This document shows positions 37,588 to 50,518 of a stretch of DNA of 64,000 nt, piece by piece. The stretch spans positions 98,899 to 162,898 of the forward strand of contig CAWHED010000004.1 in assembly GCA_963828395.1 (NCBI GenBank), in the 5' to 3' direction. This DNA is from an uncultured Bacteroidales bacterium (lineage in GTDB: Bacteria; Bacteroidota; Bacteroidia; Bacteroidales; VadinHA17). Numbering within the stretch: position 1 is the first letter of the stretch; every line of letters begins with the position of its first letter. The position numbers and the translations under genes are program-made. The notes beneath the pieces were generated by a model, which was not told where the DNA came from, ran no database searches, and saw nothing but the letters and a program-made list of their open reading frames with translations.

Positions 37588-40500
37588 TTATTGCCTCAAT
37601 GCCGCGTATTTGCCGTATAGCTCGCTGAACCTGCCGTTAAGTCCTTCGGCAAGAGCAGCTTCACCGTTATTGTAGCATACCTGCATCACCTGTGACACTA
37701 TCTGCAGCCCCTGAGCTATCTCCTGGTCCGCATAGGTTGCAATAAGCGGTTTCTGGCCAAGCAGGTAGCCGGTACGCTCAAGATAATAATCCGTCAGCTC
37801 CTTCGTCATTGAGGCCGCCTTCTCTTTATTACCGGCCTTAAACCAGGCCGAGATTATATCTGTGCAATAAATGTCATAACCAAGATTCGAAACAGGCAGC
37901 ACCTCCATGCATCTCTCAAGAACCTTGTTGGCTCTTGCCGTGTCCCCCTTGGCAGACAGATCGTTTGCAAGTCTTGAATAGATCAGACGCGACCTGACAA
38001 CCGTGAGTGTGCGCTTGTGGTAGTAATCGAGCCAGACATGCGGATCGTTGGCGCCCCGCCAGGTAAACTTGTTCATTAGGTTGTCATAGAGGATATCCGT
38101 ATCTGTCCGGCCATATTCAAACCAGCTCTTGTTTTCACTTTTTACCGGCACCAGGCGATAAGCCAGTCCTTCAAGCTGGAAATACTCCTCAAGGCCAAGG
38201 GCATCATTATGATATCCTGTTACAAAATATATCGGCCTGTCCCAGTTGTTGTTGGCAAGTATGTCAAGTACCATGAGCTGGCTCTTGAGTATCCATGACC
38301 CGTCAAGTTTAATATCGATATAGGGAACTATTTTGTCAGCATCCTCAGGCCTGACAGTGCCATTGGCGATAACCTTTGCCGCATCAACCGGGATCCGTAC
38401 AGTGCGTGTGGGGATATAATAGATGTCTTCACCGTAGAGAGTCAGCTTTGACACGTCACTGTCGCTGTTGATGAAGTTGATCACCTCCTTTGCCGTCGCC
38501 GGCTCCTTAACCCTTTCATATAGTGCAACCTGGTTGTTAACCCCGTCATAATAGAGCTTCTTAGGCAGGCTCACAGGCAGAGGGTCAGAGGTATAGGCCT
38601 GCGTCTTCATCTGGTCAATATACCAGTCTGTGTTCAGCAGCATCAGGTTACAGACGCGTACGTCCGTCCTGACACCCTCCACCTCCTGTGCATACCATAG
38701 CGGGAAGGTGTCATTGTCGCCGTTGGTGAATAATATGGCCTGCGGTGCGCATGAGTTGAGATAATTGACTGCCACATCGCGTGCAAGGTATCTCCCCGAC
38801 CTGTCATGATCATCATAGTTTTCTGAAGCCATCAGCACAGGGACGGCAGCCAGGGTTATAAGTGAAACAGCAATGGCGCCTGCTTTTTCACCTGTCAGTT
38901 TGCTCAGCAGTTCAAAGAGCGCAAGAACCCCAAGTCCTATCCATACAGTAAAAGCATAAAATGAGGCTGCATAGGCATAGTCGCGCTCCCTCGGCTGGTT
39001 AGGATACTGGTTCAGGTAGATTACTATGGCAATGCCTGTCATTATGTAGAGCAACAGCACTATCCACCAGTTCCGTACATCGCGGTTAAAGTGCCACAGG
39101 AAGCCCACGAGACCCAGCAACAACGGCAGCAGGAAATACCTGTTGCGCGACGGATCATTCTTCATGTCATCAGGCATGTTGTCCACAGTGCCAAAGCGCG
39201 GTGCATCAAGGAAGTTAAACCCTGTGATCCAGTTGCCGTTGATGGTGCCTCCGTAACTCTGAACGTCATTCTGCCTGCCGCTGAAGTTCCACATGAAATA
39301 CCGGAAATACATGAAGCCGAACTGGTAGTTGAACATGAACGACAGGTTCTGGCCAAAAGTTGGCACGCGCACAGTGGCCGGCTCTCCGGTCTGCGGATCA
39401 TTGATTCGCACGGGCTTGCCCTTCTTGCCTACATATTCCTCATAGACCTTCACATATTCAGCCTGATCGTTCCACATCCTTGGAAGGACCGTCATGAACC
39501 TTTCATCATACTTACTTACCGTCTCACGGTTGGTGATCTTGTATTTGCCGTCGACGGGGTTATATGTCGGTTTACCTTTTTCATAATCCGTCACCGGAGC
39601 GTTATAATACGGCCCGTAAAAGAGCGGACGCTGTCCGTACTGTTCACGGTTAAGATAATAAAGCAGGGCGAAGGGGTTAGACGGGTCATTTTCGTTCATG
39701 GGTGTCTCAGCCGTCGACCTGATGACGATGGTGGCAAAAGATGAGTATCCGATAAGGATCACCAGTATGGAAGTCATCACGGTGTTCAGCGCCACCGGGT
39801 TATGTGTTGCCAGGTAATAAGCAGCATAGATGATGCCGGCAAGGACAATGATATTAAACAGCAGCGAACCTGTCAGCAGCCATATACCTGACAGGAGAAG
39901 TGTCAGTGCAGCCAGTATGAAACCCTTCCTGCCGTTTTCATGTGAAAAGGTATACCATACAGACAGTATCAGTGCGGTAATGAGCAGGATAAGATGTATA
40001 TACATCCCGCTGTTGAAAGGCATACCGACAGTATTGACAAAGAAAAGCTCAAAGCGCGATGTGATGGTAAAGAGGCCTGGAATGATGCCGTACATTATCA
40101 GTACCAGCAGCATCAAAGATACCGCCAGCGACAAAGCCAGTCCTTTCCATGAGAATGTATATTTACGGAAGTAATATACGCATACTATAGCGGGTATAGC
40201 CAGCAGGTTCAACAGGTGCACCCCTATGGAGAGCCCCATCATAAAGGCTATGAGGATGATCCATTTATCTGCGTGAGGTTCGTCTGCCACATCCTCCCAC
40301 CTCAGTATGGCCCAGAAAACTACAGCCGTAAAGAGTGATGAAGTGGCATATACCTCGCCCTCCACGGCTGAAAACCAGAAAGTATCGGAGAATGCATATG
40401 CAAGAGCGCCTGTCAGTCCTGCCCCCAGGACAGCTATTACCCTGCCGGCGTTGAAGTCAGACTCCTGTCTCAGTAAGATCCTCCGGGCCAGGTGGGTGAT

Positions 40501-40794
40501 TGTCCAGAAGAGAAAAAGTATCGTCAGCGCGCTCGCCAGTCCTGACATGGCATTGACCATCATGGCTACCTTTGAGACATTGCCGCCTGCGAAATTGGCA
40601 AAAAACCTGGCAAGGAGCATGAAGAATGGTGCTCCGGGAGGATGCCCCACTTCAAGCTTGTATGACGAAGCAATGAACTCTCCGCAATCCCACAGGCTTG
40701 TTGTGGGCTCTATTGTCATGAGGTATGTCACCGCTGCGATGGCAAACACTGCCCACCCGAGGATGTTATCCCAAAGTCTGAATTTTTTTATCAT
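37588..40794 (-). CDS. DUF2723 family membrane protein (glycosyltransferase-C-like, TMEM260-related)
   Basis: 1068 aa. The N-terminus TTSLWDCGEFIASSYKLEVGHPPGAPFFML is characteristic. It is followed by many TM segments and a large C-terminal soluble domain. Confidence 0.85.
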   Translation of the reverse strand: MIKKFRLWDNILGWAVFAIAAVTYLMTIEPTTSLWDCGEFIASSYKLEVGHPPGAPFFMLLARFFANFAGGNVSKVAMMVNAMSGLASALTILFLFWTITHLARRILLRQESDFNAGRVIAVLGAGLTGALAYAFSDTFWFSAVEGEVYATSSLFTAVVFWAILRWEDVADEPHADKWIILIAFMMGLSIGVHLLNLLAIPAIVCVYYFRKYTFSWKGLALSLAVSLMLLVLIMYGIIPGLFTITSRFELFFVNTVGMPFNSGMYIHLILLITALILSVWYTFSHENGRKGFILAALTLLLSGIWLLTGSLLFNIIVLAGIIYAAYYLATHNPVALNTVMTSILVILIGYSSFATIVIRSTAETPMNENDPSNPFALLYYLNREQYGQRPLFYGPYYNAPVTDYEKGKPTYNPVDGKYKITNRETVSKYDERFMTVLPRMWNDQAEYVKVYEEYVGKKGKPVRINDPQTGEPATVRVPTFGQNLSFMFNYQFGFMYFRYFMWNFSGRQNDVQSYGGTINGNWITGFNFLDAPRFGTVDNMPDDMKNDPSRNRYFLLPLLLGLVGFLWHFNRDVRNWWIVLLLYIMTGIAIVIYLNQYPNQPRERDYAYAASFYAFTVWIGLGVLALFELLSKLTGEKAGAIAVSLITLAAVPVLMASENYDDHDRSGRYLARDVAVNYLNSCAPQAILFTNGDNDTFPLWYAQEVEGVRTDVRVCNLMLLNTDWYIDQMKTQAYTSDPLPVSLPKKLYYDGVNNQVALYERVKEPATAKEVINFINSDSDVSKLTLYGEDIYYIPTRTVRIPVDAAKVIANGTVRPEDADKIVPYIDIKLDGSWILKSQLMVLDILANNNWDRPIYFVTGYHNDALGLEEYFQLEGLAYRLVPVKSENKSWFEYGRTDTDILYDNLMNKFTWRGANDPHVWLDYYHKRTLTVVRSRLIYSRLANDLSAKGDTARANKVLERCMEVLPVSNLGYDIYCTDIISAWFKAGNKEKAASMTKELTDYYLERTGYLLGQKPLIATYADQEIAQGLQIVSQVMQVCYNNGEAALAEGLNGRFSELYGKYAALRQ

Positions 40795-40880
40795 AACTGC
40801 ATATTTACCTGTCCCGGTGTTTCCACCGCACGAAAATAATAAGATTTTGTGGTGCAGCGGAAGATATCAGCCAATTTTGG

Positions 40881-40888
40881 TATTTTTG
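40881..40888 (+). promoter_or_regulatory. -7-like promoter element TATTTTTG
   Basis: Fits TAnnTTTG and lies 16 nt upstream of the ATG at 40904. Confidence 0.35.
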
Positions 40889-40903
40889 GCCAAACTGACA
40901 TGT

Positions 40904-43771
40904 ATGATAAAAAGGCTGATACTGCTCTTACTGTGCCTTATGCCGCTGGTCAGAGCCGGGGCACAGTATTATGACACAGGGCAGGATCCCTCTTCCCTTA
41001 AGTGGTCTCAGATACAGTCGCCGCATTTCCGGGTGATTTACCCTGATAACTTTAGTGCCGAAGCACAAAAATATGCACGGTTGCTTGAAGAATCATACAG
41101 TGAGTTGTCTGTTCTTTATCCCCTGGCAAAGACGCAAATGCCTGTCATCATCCATAATTATTCTATGGAGTCGAACGGCTATGTCACCTGGGCTCCCCGG
41201 CGCATGGAGCTCTTCCCGCTGCCGGGGCAAAGCAACCTTCCGATGGATCCGGCGAAACAGCTTGTAGTCCATGAAACGGCACACATTCTGCAACTGTCGT
41301 CCCTTGACAAGAAAGGATTTGGAAAAGCAATGGGATACATCTTTGGTGAGCAGATTATCGGCCTGAGCGTTCTCGAAATACCCCAATGGGCGCTGGAGGG
41401 TGACGCGGTATATGCCGAAACGGTTACGGGCCTGTCAGGCAGGGGCCGCAGCAACGCCTTCACACAGGAGGCACGAGCCCTCGCTGCCACGCCTGAAGGC
41501 ATTTACCGCTATGATAAAATGCTATCCGGATCTTATAAAGATTTCACCCCGAATCACTATGTCTTCGGCTATCTGATGATGAACAACCTGCGCAATCTCA
41601 ACGGAGAGACGTGGGCGAACGCAATCACAGAAGTCGCAAAAGGTTACGCTGTAAATCCTTTAAACCACGTATTTAAAAAGGAGCTCGGACTGACAAAGAA
41701 AAAGCTCTTTGATTCGACATTTTATTATCTCGCGGAAATGTGGAATGACAGCACATCGAGGACCGCCACCGGTTACCCTGCAATTAATCACAGGGAGAAG
41801 AAAGACTATGTCAGCCATTATTTGCCTCACACTATCGGCAGCAACAGAATTGTCTCACTGAAGACCTCTCTGAAACACCCCTCCAGTTTTGTGATCACTA
41901 ATGAAAGTGATGGGACAGAACATGTCCTTACCACCCCCGGATATATATATCCTTATATATTTTCATATTCTGACAGCACTTTAGTATGGTCAGAACTTCA
42001 CCCTGATCCGAGATGGGATAACAGGGATTATTCAGTAATAAAAAAAATGAGTGTCAGCGGAGGCTCCATTACACAACTCACTTTCCGCACCCGTTACGAA
42101 GCGCCTGATCTGTCTCCTGACGGAAGGACAATTGTTGCTGTATCAACGACACCTGAGCTCCGTTACTCCCTGATCTTTATTGATGCGTCCAGCGGAGAGA
42201 CCCTCATGGATGTCTCCATCCCTGATAACCTGATAATTCAGCGTCCGGCATGGTCAGCTGACGGCAGGGCTGTCACCGTTGTCACTCTCAGCGCTGAAGG
42301 AGAAGGGATAAGGACATATCGTCCCACAGGGAAAAAATGGGTTGTGAACATGCCGGAAACTATTACGGACATAATCCAGGCTGAGATTGTAAACGACACT
42401 CTGTACTACCTTGCACAGGGTGACGGATCCGATAATATTTACAGGGTAACCGGCGACACGACAGTAAGCCGTATCACCGGTTCACGCTTTGGCATCTCCG
42501 GCTTTTCAGTCGCAGGCAGCGAGTTGCTGTTTTCAGATTACAGCATAAATGGATTTAACATTGTATCGGCAGACCGCACAGCCTCTGCCGGACCGGCGAC
42601 CGGTTCAATGAAGAACATCATTCCCGGAGTTGCCCCGCTGCCTTCACCGGCAGGTGATACACCACTTCCGGAGACGGCATCGTATGAGGCAAAACCTTAC
42701 AGTAAAGCGGGGCACCTGCTGAACTTCCATAGCTGGTTCCCGGTCTATACTGATATTGATGAACTGCAGACTGATCCTACTGCTATCAGTCCGGGCATAA
42801 CATTACTGTCACAAAATCATCTCAGCACGCTGATCTCTACCATAGGATATGAATATTCAAATGGCAGCCATTACCTGCATTCGGGCATCAAATGGAAAGG
42901 ATGGTATCCGGTAATTGAGGCAGATATTACTTATGGCGGGAAGCAGATCGTCACAAAAGATTCTTTAACAACACCGAACCCTGCCGATATAAGCGGTGAC
43001 ATGATCCTGAATACCAGCATCTATGATCAGTTGTGGTTCGCACGCGGCAAGTTCAGACAGCTATTTATGCCGGCGCTGTATATGAACTACCGTAACAAGT
43101 ATACTTACCTTACTGAAGAGAATGAGTATGACAAGGGCATAGTTCTCCTGACCGGCCGGCTTTATCTTTCCAATACCTTCCGTACGGCTTACAGGGACAT
43201 CAACCCGCGCTGGGGTCAGGTCATTGATCTCAGGATAACGGCAGCACCGTGGGATAATGATCTCTACGGCAGCAGGAGATATGCGAGAGGGATATTGTTT
43301 TTTCCCGGCTTTTTTACCAGCCACAGTTTTGTTCTGAGTGCCGGCTATGAAAACCAGCAGCCCGTCCGCGAAATGGTATACAGAAATAACATTGCCTATC
43401 CCAGGGGTTACGGAGACAACCTGATTTCAGAAAAGCTTTTCTCTTTTTCGGCTGATTACACCATGCCTCTCTTTTACCCTGATTTAGCCGCAGGGAGTCT
43501 CCTTTATCTGAAACGCATCAGGGGATCACTCTTTTTCGACGGTTCAACAGGGTGGGGCACATATGATTACGAAGCAAAAACCTTTACAGAGGGTTCGACA
43601 GACTTTGGCTCCTTTGGTGCCGAACTTCTTGCCGATTTCTACTTGCTGAGGCTTCCGTTTGAGCTGAGTGCAGGAGCGAGCGGTGGTTATATTCCGGCAG
43701 AGAAGAGGCTGTTCATCAGAGCAGTGTTCTCAGCCAATATCTATGGCACCGTGCTCGGCAGAAAGCGCTGA
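40904..43771 (+). CDS. Secreted 955-aa protein: HExxH-containing N-domain, TolB-like beta-propeller repeats, beta-rich C-terminal region
   Basis: Start chosen at MIKRLILLLLCLMPLVRAGAQ (signal peptide). Also VVHETAHILQ, and PDLSPDGRTIVAVS/PAWSADGRAVTVV repeats. The upstream 199 codons of the ORF-track entry run antisense through the DUF2723 gene. Confidence 0.6.
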   Translation: MIKRLILLLLCLMPLVRAGAQYYDTGQDPSSLKWSQIQSPHFRVIYPDNFSAEAQKYARLLEESYSELSVLYPLAKTQMPVIIHNYSMESNGYVTWAPRRMELFPLPGQSNLPMDPAKQLVVHETAHILQLSSLDKKGFGKAMGYIFGEQIIGLSVLEIPQWALEGDAVYAETVTGLSGRGRSNAFTQEARALAATPEGIYRYDKMLSGSYKDFTPNHYVFGYLMMNNLRNLNGETWANAITEVAKGYAVNPLNHVFKKELGLTKKKLFDSTFYYLAEMWNDSTSRTATGYPAINHREKKDYVSHYLPHTIGSNRIVSLKTSLKHPSSFVITNESDGTEHVLTTPGYIYPYIFSYSDSTLVWSELHPDPRWDNRDYSVIKKMSVSGGSITQLTFRTRYEAPDLSPDGRTIVAVSTTPELRYSLIFIDASSGETLMDVSIPDNLIIQRPAWSADGRAVTVVTLSAEGEGIRTYRPTGKKWVVNMPETITDIIQAEIVNDTLYYLAQGDGSDNIYRVTGDTTVSRITGSRFGISGFSVAGSELLFSDYSINGFNIVSADRTASAGPATGSMKNIIPGVAPLPSPAGDTPLPETASYEAKPYSKAGHLLNFHSWFPVYTDIDELQTDPTAISPGITLLSQNHLSTLISTIGYEYSNGSHYLHSGIKWKGWYPVIEADITYGGKQIVTKDSLTTPNPADISGDMILNTSIYDQLWFARGKFRQLFMPALYMNYRNKYTYLTEENEYDKGIVLLTGRLYLSNTFRTAYRDINPRWGQVIDLRITAAPWDNDLYGSRRYARGILFFPGFFTSHSFVLSAGYENQQPVREMVYRNNIAYPRGYGDNLISEKLFSFSADYTMPLFYPDLAAGSLLYLKRIRGSLFFDGSTGWGTYDYEAKTFTEGSTDFGSFGAELLADFYLLRLPFELSAGASGGYIPAEKRLFIRAVFSANIYGTVLGRKR

Positions 43772-45172
43772 GGCGCACTCTTTTATCATTTCCCATGCAT
43801 TCAGCACATGCCGTTCTGTCACTGTGGTCTGGGCGGTGACCATACGCAATACATACCTTCCGTCAACGGTTGTATGAGTAAGATAGATCCTGCCTGTATC
43901 GTTAAGTGTGTGATTGATCTTTTCGTTCAGCCTGTTCGCCTGCTCAAGGCTCATTCCTTCCGGCTGGCAGCAAAAGCAAACGGTATTAAGATTCACAGGC
44001 GCCATCACCTTAAAACCTTTTTCAGCCTCTATCAGTCCTGCCAGCATCTTCGCCAGCCTGATATGTTCCCTGATCATTTCCTGTAACCGTTCGACGCCGT
44101 ATGTGCGTATGACAGCCCACAGCTTCAGTGCCCTGAAGCGCCTGCCGAGCGGTATTCCCCAGTCGCGGTAGTCATTGACCGATCCTCGTGTACGGGTCTT
44201 CAGATACTCGGGCAGTATTTCGAAGGTGCGTATCAGTGAGGCCGCGTCCCGGACAAAATAAGCCGAGCAGTCAAAATTGGTGAACATCCATTTGTGGGGA
44301 TTGAATACCAGGGAGTCAACGAACTCCATGCCATCGGCCATCCACCGCATCTCAGGCAGCAGGAGGGCCGTACCGGCAATTGCGGCGTCTACATGCAGCC
44401 AGATATTCTTTTCACGGCATATCTCGCCCACGGGCCTCAGGGGGTCAATGGCCGTAGTTCCTGTCGTACCAAGTGTTGCCACCACGCAGCACGGTATAAA
44501 TCCTGCTGACAGATCCTGTTCAACGGCTTTCCTCAGGGCATCGGCGTCAATGGAATAATCAGCCTTCACCGGCACTCTTACAAGGTTCTCCCTTCCTATG
44601 CCAGCCACGCCGGCACCTTTCTCAACCGATGAGTGAGCCTGGGTTGAGCAGTAGACACGCAGCCGGCCGGCGACAGACAGTCCTTCTCTGTTTGAAGCAT
44701 ACCCGGTAACCTTCTCCCGGGCGGTAATGATCGCGGCCAGTGTGGCAGATGAGGCGCTGTCCTGTATCACCCCTTCGAAACATGAAGGCAGCCCGGTCAA
44801 TTCGCGCAGCCACTCCATCATGCGTTCTTCAAGCTCTGCAGCGGCGGGGGAGGTCTCCCATATCATGCACTGCGTGCCAAGGGCCGCGGTAAGCATCTCG
44901 GCAAGGACAGAAGGAGGGCTTGAATTTGCAGGGAAATAGGCAAAGAAATTAGGACTCTGCCAATGCGTTATGCCTGGCATGATTATCTCGTCAAAGTCTT
45001 TCAGGAAGAGATCGAAGGATTCGCTGCATGTGGGTGGTATTGCCGGAAGTAACGCTTTAACCGAACCAGGAGCTGACTTCGATTTTACTGGATACTGCTC
45101 AATATTCTCATAGTAACGGGCTATCCATTCGACAATCTCGTGGCCGTATTTCCGGAACTCGTCGCTGTTCAT
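43730..45172 (-). CDS. PLP-dependent group II decarboxylase (aromatic-L-amino-acid/tyrosine decarboxylase-like)
   Basis: 480 aa with ITHWQSPNFFAYFP and the PLP-lysine motif FNPHKWMFTNFDCSAYFV. Confidence 0.88.
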   Translation of the reverse strand: MNSDEFRKYGHEIVEWIARYYENIEQYPVKSKSAPGSVKALLPAIPPTCSESFDLFLKDFDEIIMPGITHWQSPNFFAYFPANSSPPSVLAEMLTAALGTQCMIWETSPAAAELEERMMEWLRELTGLPSCFEGVIQDSASSATLAAIITAREKVTGYASNREGLSVAGRLRVYCSTQAHSSVEKGAGVAGIGRENLVRVPVKADYSIDADALRKAVEQDLSAGFIPCCVVATLGTTGTTAIDPLRPVGEICREKNIWLHVDAAIAGTALLLPEMRWMADGMEFVDSLVFNPHKWMFTNFDCSAYFVRDAASLIRTFEILPEYLKTRTRGSVNDYRDWGIPLGRRFRALKLWAVIRTYGVERLQEMIREHIRLAKMLAGLIEAEKGFKVMAPVNLNTVCFCCQPEGMSLEQANRLNEKINHTLNDTGRIYLTHTTVDGRYVLRMVTAQTTVTERHVLNAWEMIKECASALSAEHGAIDIG

Positions 45173-45429
45173 CAGCTCCGGCTTTCTGAGACGGAATCGG
45201 CGAGAAGGATGATCCTGTTCTTTTTCACCTCAATGACTCCGCCGGTAATTTCGTATCTGATCACCTGTCCCTTTTCATCTTCGATGATTACAGGGCCGTG
45301 ATCAAGTGTTGAAATGATTGGAGCATGGTCCTTCAGTACCTGGAAGGATCCCTTTTTCCCCGGTACCCTGACCGAGAGTATATCTCCGGAATATATTCTG
45401 CTGTCGGGTGTGATAATTTCAATTTTCAC
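45172..45429 (-). CDS. atpC: F1 ATP synthase epsilon subunit (short form)
   Basis: MKIEIITPDSRIYSGDILSVRVPGKKGSFQVLKDHAPIIS. It lies directly downstream of atpD. Confidence 0.85.
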   Translation of the reverse strand: MKIEIITPDSRIYSGDILSVRVPGKKGSFQVLKDHAPIISTLDHGPVIIEDEKGQVIRYEITGGVIEVKKNRIILLADSVSESRS

Positions 45430-45447
45430 TTCTGTTCACGATTGTCG

Positions 45448-46966
<1,519 letters not shown>

Positions 46967-47013
46967 TTAAATATATTTCAGTGTTCTATTAATGTTTCAT
47001 TCAGTGAAGCTGT

Positions 47014-47988
47014 TCATCTAATTCTCCCGATAAGGTTCACTGCCAGTTGTTTGATCTCTTTCTTGCGTTCAGCCTGCACTGATACCTGATCAAGAGATTC
47101 GAAAGCCCTGTTAAAGTACTCGTATGCAATATTCTCGGCCTTGAGCTGTATCTCGAGTTCGTCATAGATGGCTCTCACTCCACGTACTTTTTCCTCAGGA
47201 TCAGGGTCCTTGTCCTCAATCAGTTTTCTGAGGTCGCGAAGTTTTCCTCCGCCAGCGATCTCAAGAGCCTTTACCAGGAGGTAAGTCTTTTTGTTGGTGA
47301 CGATGTCGCTGCCGGTTTTTTTGCCGAACATCTTCGTGTCACCGTAAGTATCTAGCACGTCATCCTGGATCTGGAAAGCTATGCCCAGACAGCGACCAAA
47401 CTCATAAAGAAGGTCCTGATCTTTCTCGGACGCCTCGCCGATAATTGCCCCTGTCTTCAATGCTGCCGCCAGCAGAACTGCGGTCTTCAATTCTATCATT
47501 CGCAGATATTCAGCCTCAGATACCAGTGCTTTCTTCTCATAGTCAATGTCAAGCTGCTGCCCGGAGCAAACCTCTATGGCAGTACGGTTAAACAGTTTCA
47601 GTGTCTTTGCCAGTACCTTCTCCGGTGCCTGCCCGATGCATTCTGTCGCTACGAAGGCCATCACGTCACCAGACAGGATGGCCTGGTCTGTGCCCCACTT
47701 TGAATGCACCGTGGAAGAACCTCTTCTCATGCCGGCCTTGTCAATAATATCATCATGGATAAGGGTAAAATTGTGAAACACCTCCAGGCCGACAGCTGGC
47801 ATAAGGGCCTCATCGATTTTATCCTTGAAAAGATTGCAGGACAGAAGACACATGACCGGCCTTAGTCTCTTGCCGCCCAATGCCATCATATACCTCACAG
47901 GGGCAAAAAGCGTTTCGGCTTCTGGCATGAAGCCCAGGTTGGTGATAGCCTTGTCTGAAAGTTCCCGGAGGTATTCGCTGTTGAACAT
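47014..47988 (-). CDS. Polyprenyl diphosphate synthase (IspB/GGPPS family)
   Basis: First and second Asp-rich motifs LIHDDIID and FQIQDDVLD. Start taken at MFNSEY (47988), 13 nt after the atpG stop. Confidence 0.85.
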   Translation of the reverse strand: MFNSEYLRELSDKAITNLGFMPEAETLFAPVRYMMALGGKRLRPVMCLLSCNLFKDKIDEALMPAVGLEVFHNFTLIHDDIIDKAGMRRGSSTVHSKWGTDQAILSGDVMAFVATECIGQAPEKVLAKTLKLFNRTAIEVCSGQQLDIDYEKKALVSEAEYLRMIELKTAVLLAAALKTGAIIGEASEKDQDLLYEFGRCLGIAFQIQDDVLDTYGDTKMFGKKTGSDIVTNKKTYLLVKALEIAGGGKLRDLRKLIEDKDPDPEEKVRGVRAIYDELEIQLKAENIAYEYFNRAFESLDQVSVQAERKKEIKQLAVNLIGRIR

Positions 47989-48001
47989 TTCTTTTAATTT
48001 G

Positions 48002-48889
48002 TTATCCTTTAAGAGCTTCTGCACCGCTGACAACTTCGAGCAGCTGGTTAGTGATCGAAGCCTGTCTCGCGTTGTTATACTGCAGAGTAAGATCCCTGAT
48101 GAGCTCCGTTGCATTATCCGTGGCCTGATGCATTGCTGTCATGCGAGCGCCATGCTCCGCAGCAAAGGAATCAAGCAGGGCCCTGTAAAACTGAATGCGC
48201 AGTGTCTTTGGTATCAGCTCGCTGACAATACTCACCTGGTCAGGTTCATAAATATAATCTGTCAGCACTGATCCTGTCTTTCCTGCAGGGGCAGTTGATA
48301 CCGGAAGGTAAACCTCTTCAGTGAGCTTCTGGAAAGCGGCATTCCTGAACTGGTTGTAAACGATCTCTATCCTGTCGTACTCTTTGGTCAGATAGAGGTT
48401 CATCAGCCTGTCGGCTATCTTTTTTGTTTTGTCAAACGTGAGGCCTGCGTACAGATCATTATGTTCTTCGAGAATATTGCATTTCATCTTTCTTAAAACA
48501 TCGTTTCCCTTCTTCCCGACAGGCATGAACCAGAGGTCTCCCCTGCGATACTCTTCGCTGTACTTCTCCTGTATCAGACGTCTGATGTCTCTGATTACAT
48601 TGGCGTTGAAACCGCCGCAGAGGCCCTTGTTTGAGGTAACCACAACGATAAGCACGCGTCCGTGGCTGTTTTTTCTTTCAGCAAAAAGGTTCTCGGTCTC
48701 TGTATCACGGAGGGCTGTATTAAGCCCGATCAGTATCTCATTAAGCTTATCAGCATAAGGCCTTAGCTGTACTATTGCGTCCTGTGCCTTACGCAGTTTG
48801 GCTGCCGCCACCATCTTCATCGCGGAAGTGATCTGGCGGGTAGATTTCACCGAACTGAGTCTGACCCTTATTGCCTTGAGATTAGCCAT
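48002..48889 (-). CDS. atpG: F1 ATP synthase gamma subunit
   Basis: MANLKAIRVRLSSVKSTRQITSAMKMVAAAKLRKAQ ... ITNQLLEVVSGAEAL. Confidence 0.9.
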   Translation of the reverse strand: MANLKAIRVRLSSVKSTRQITSAMKMVAAAKLRKAQDAIVQLRPYADKLNEILIGLNTALRDTETENLFAERKNSHGRVLIVVVTSNKGLCGGFNANVIRDIRRLIQEKYSEEYRRGDLWFMPVGKKGNDVLRKMKCNILEEHNDLYAGLTFDKTKKIADRLMNLYLTKEYDRIEIVYNQFRNAAFQKLTEEVYLPVSTAPAGKTGSVLTDYIYEPDQVSIVSELIPKTLRIQFYRALLDSFAAEHGARMTAMHQATDNATELIRDLTLQYNNARQASITNQLLEVVSGAEALKG

Positions 48890-48913
48890 TATTCTATACC
48901 GGTTTTCAGCTTA

Positions 48914-50497
<1,584 letters not shown>

Positions 50498-50518
50498 ATC
50501 ATTAAATCTTATATACAA

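Noticed and set aside
40307-40903. 199-codon N-terminal extension of the 1154-aa ORF
   Set aside because: It lies entirely antisense within the DUF2723 gene and translates to low-complexity Ala/Ser/Pro-rich sequence. A signal peptide and a TAnnTTTG motif define a much better start at 40904.
43730-43771. 42-nt convergent overlap between the 3' ends of the 955-aa gene and the decarboxylase gene
   Set aside because: Short convergent overlaps are common. Both C-termini look plausible and no structure or repeat is associated with the overlap.
47989-48114. 42-codon upstream extension of the polyprenyl synthase ORF
   Set aside because: It overlaps the 3' end of atpG by 113 nt. The family N-terminus aligns with MFNSEYLRELSDK, which starts at 47988.
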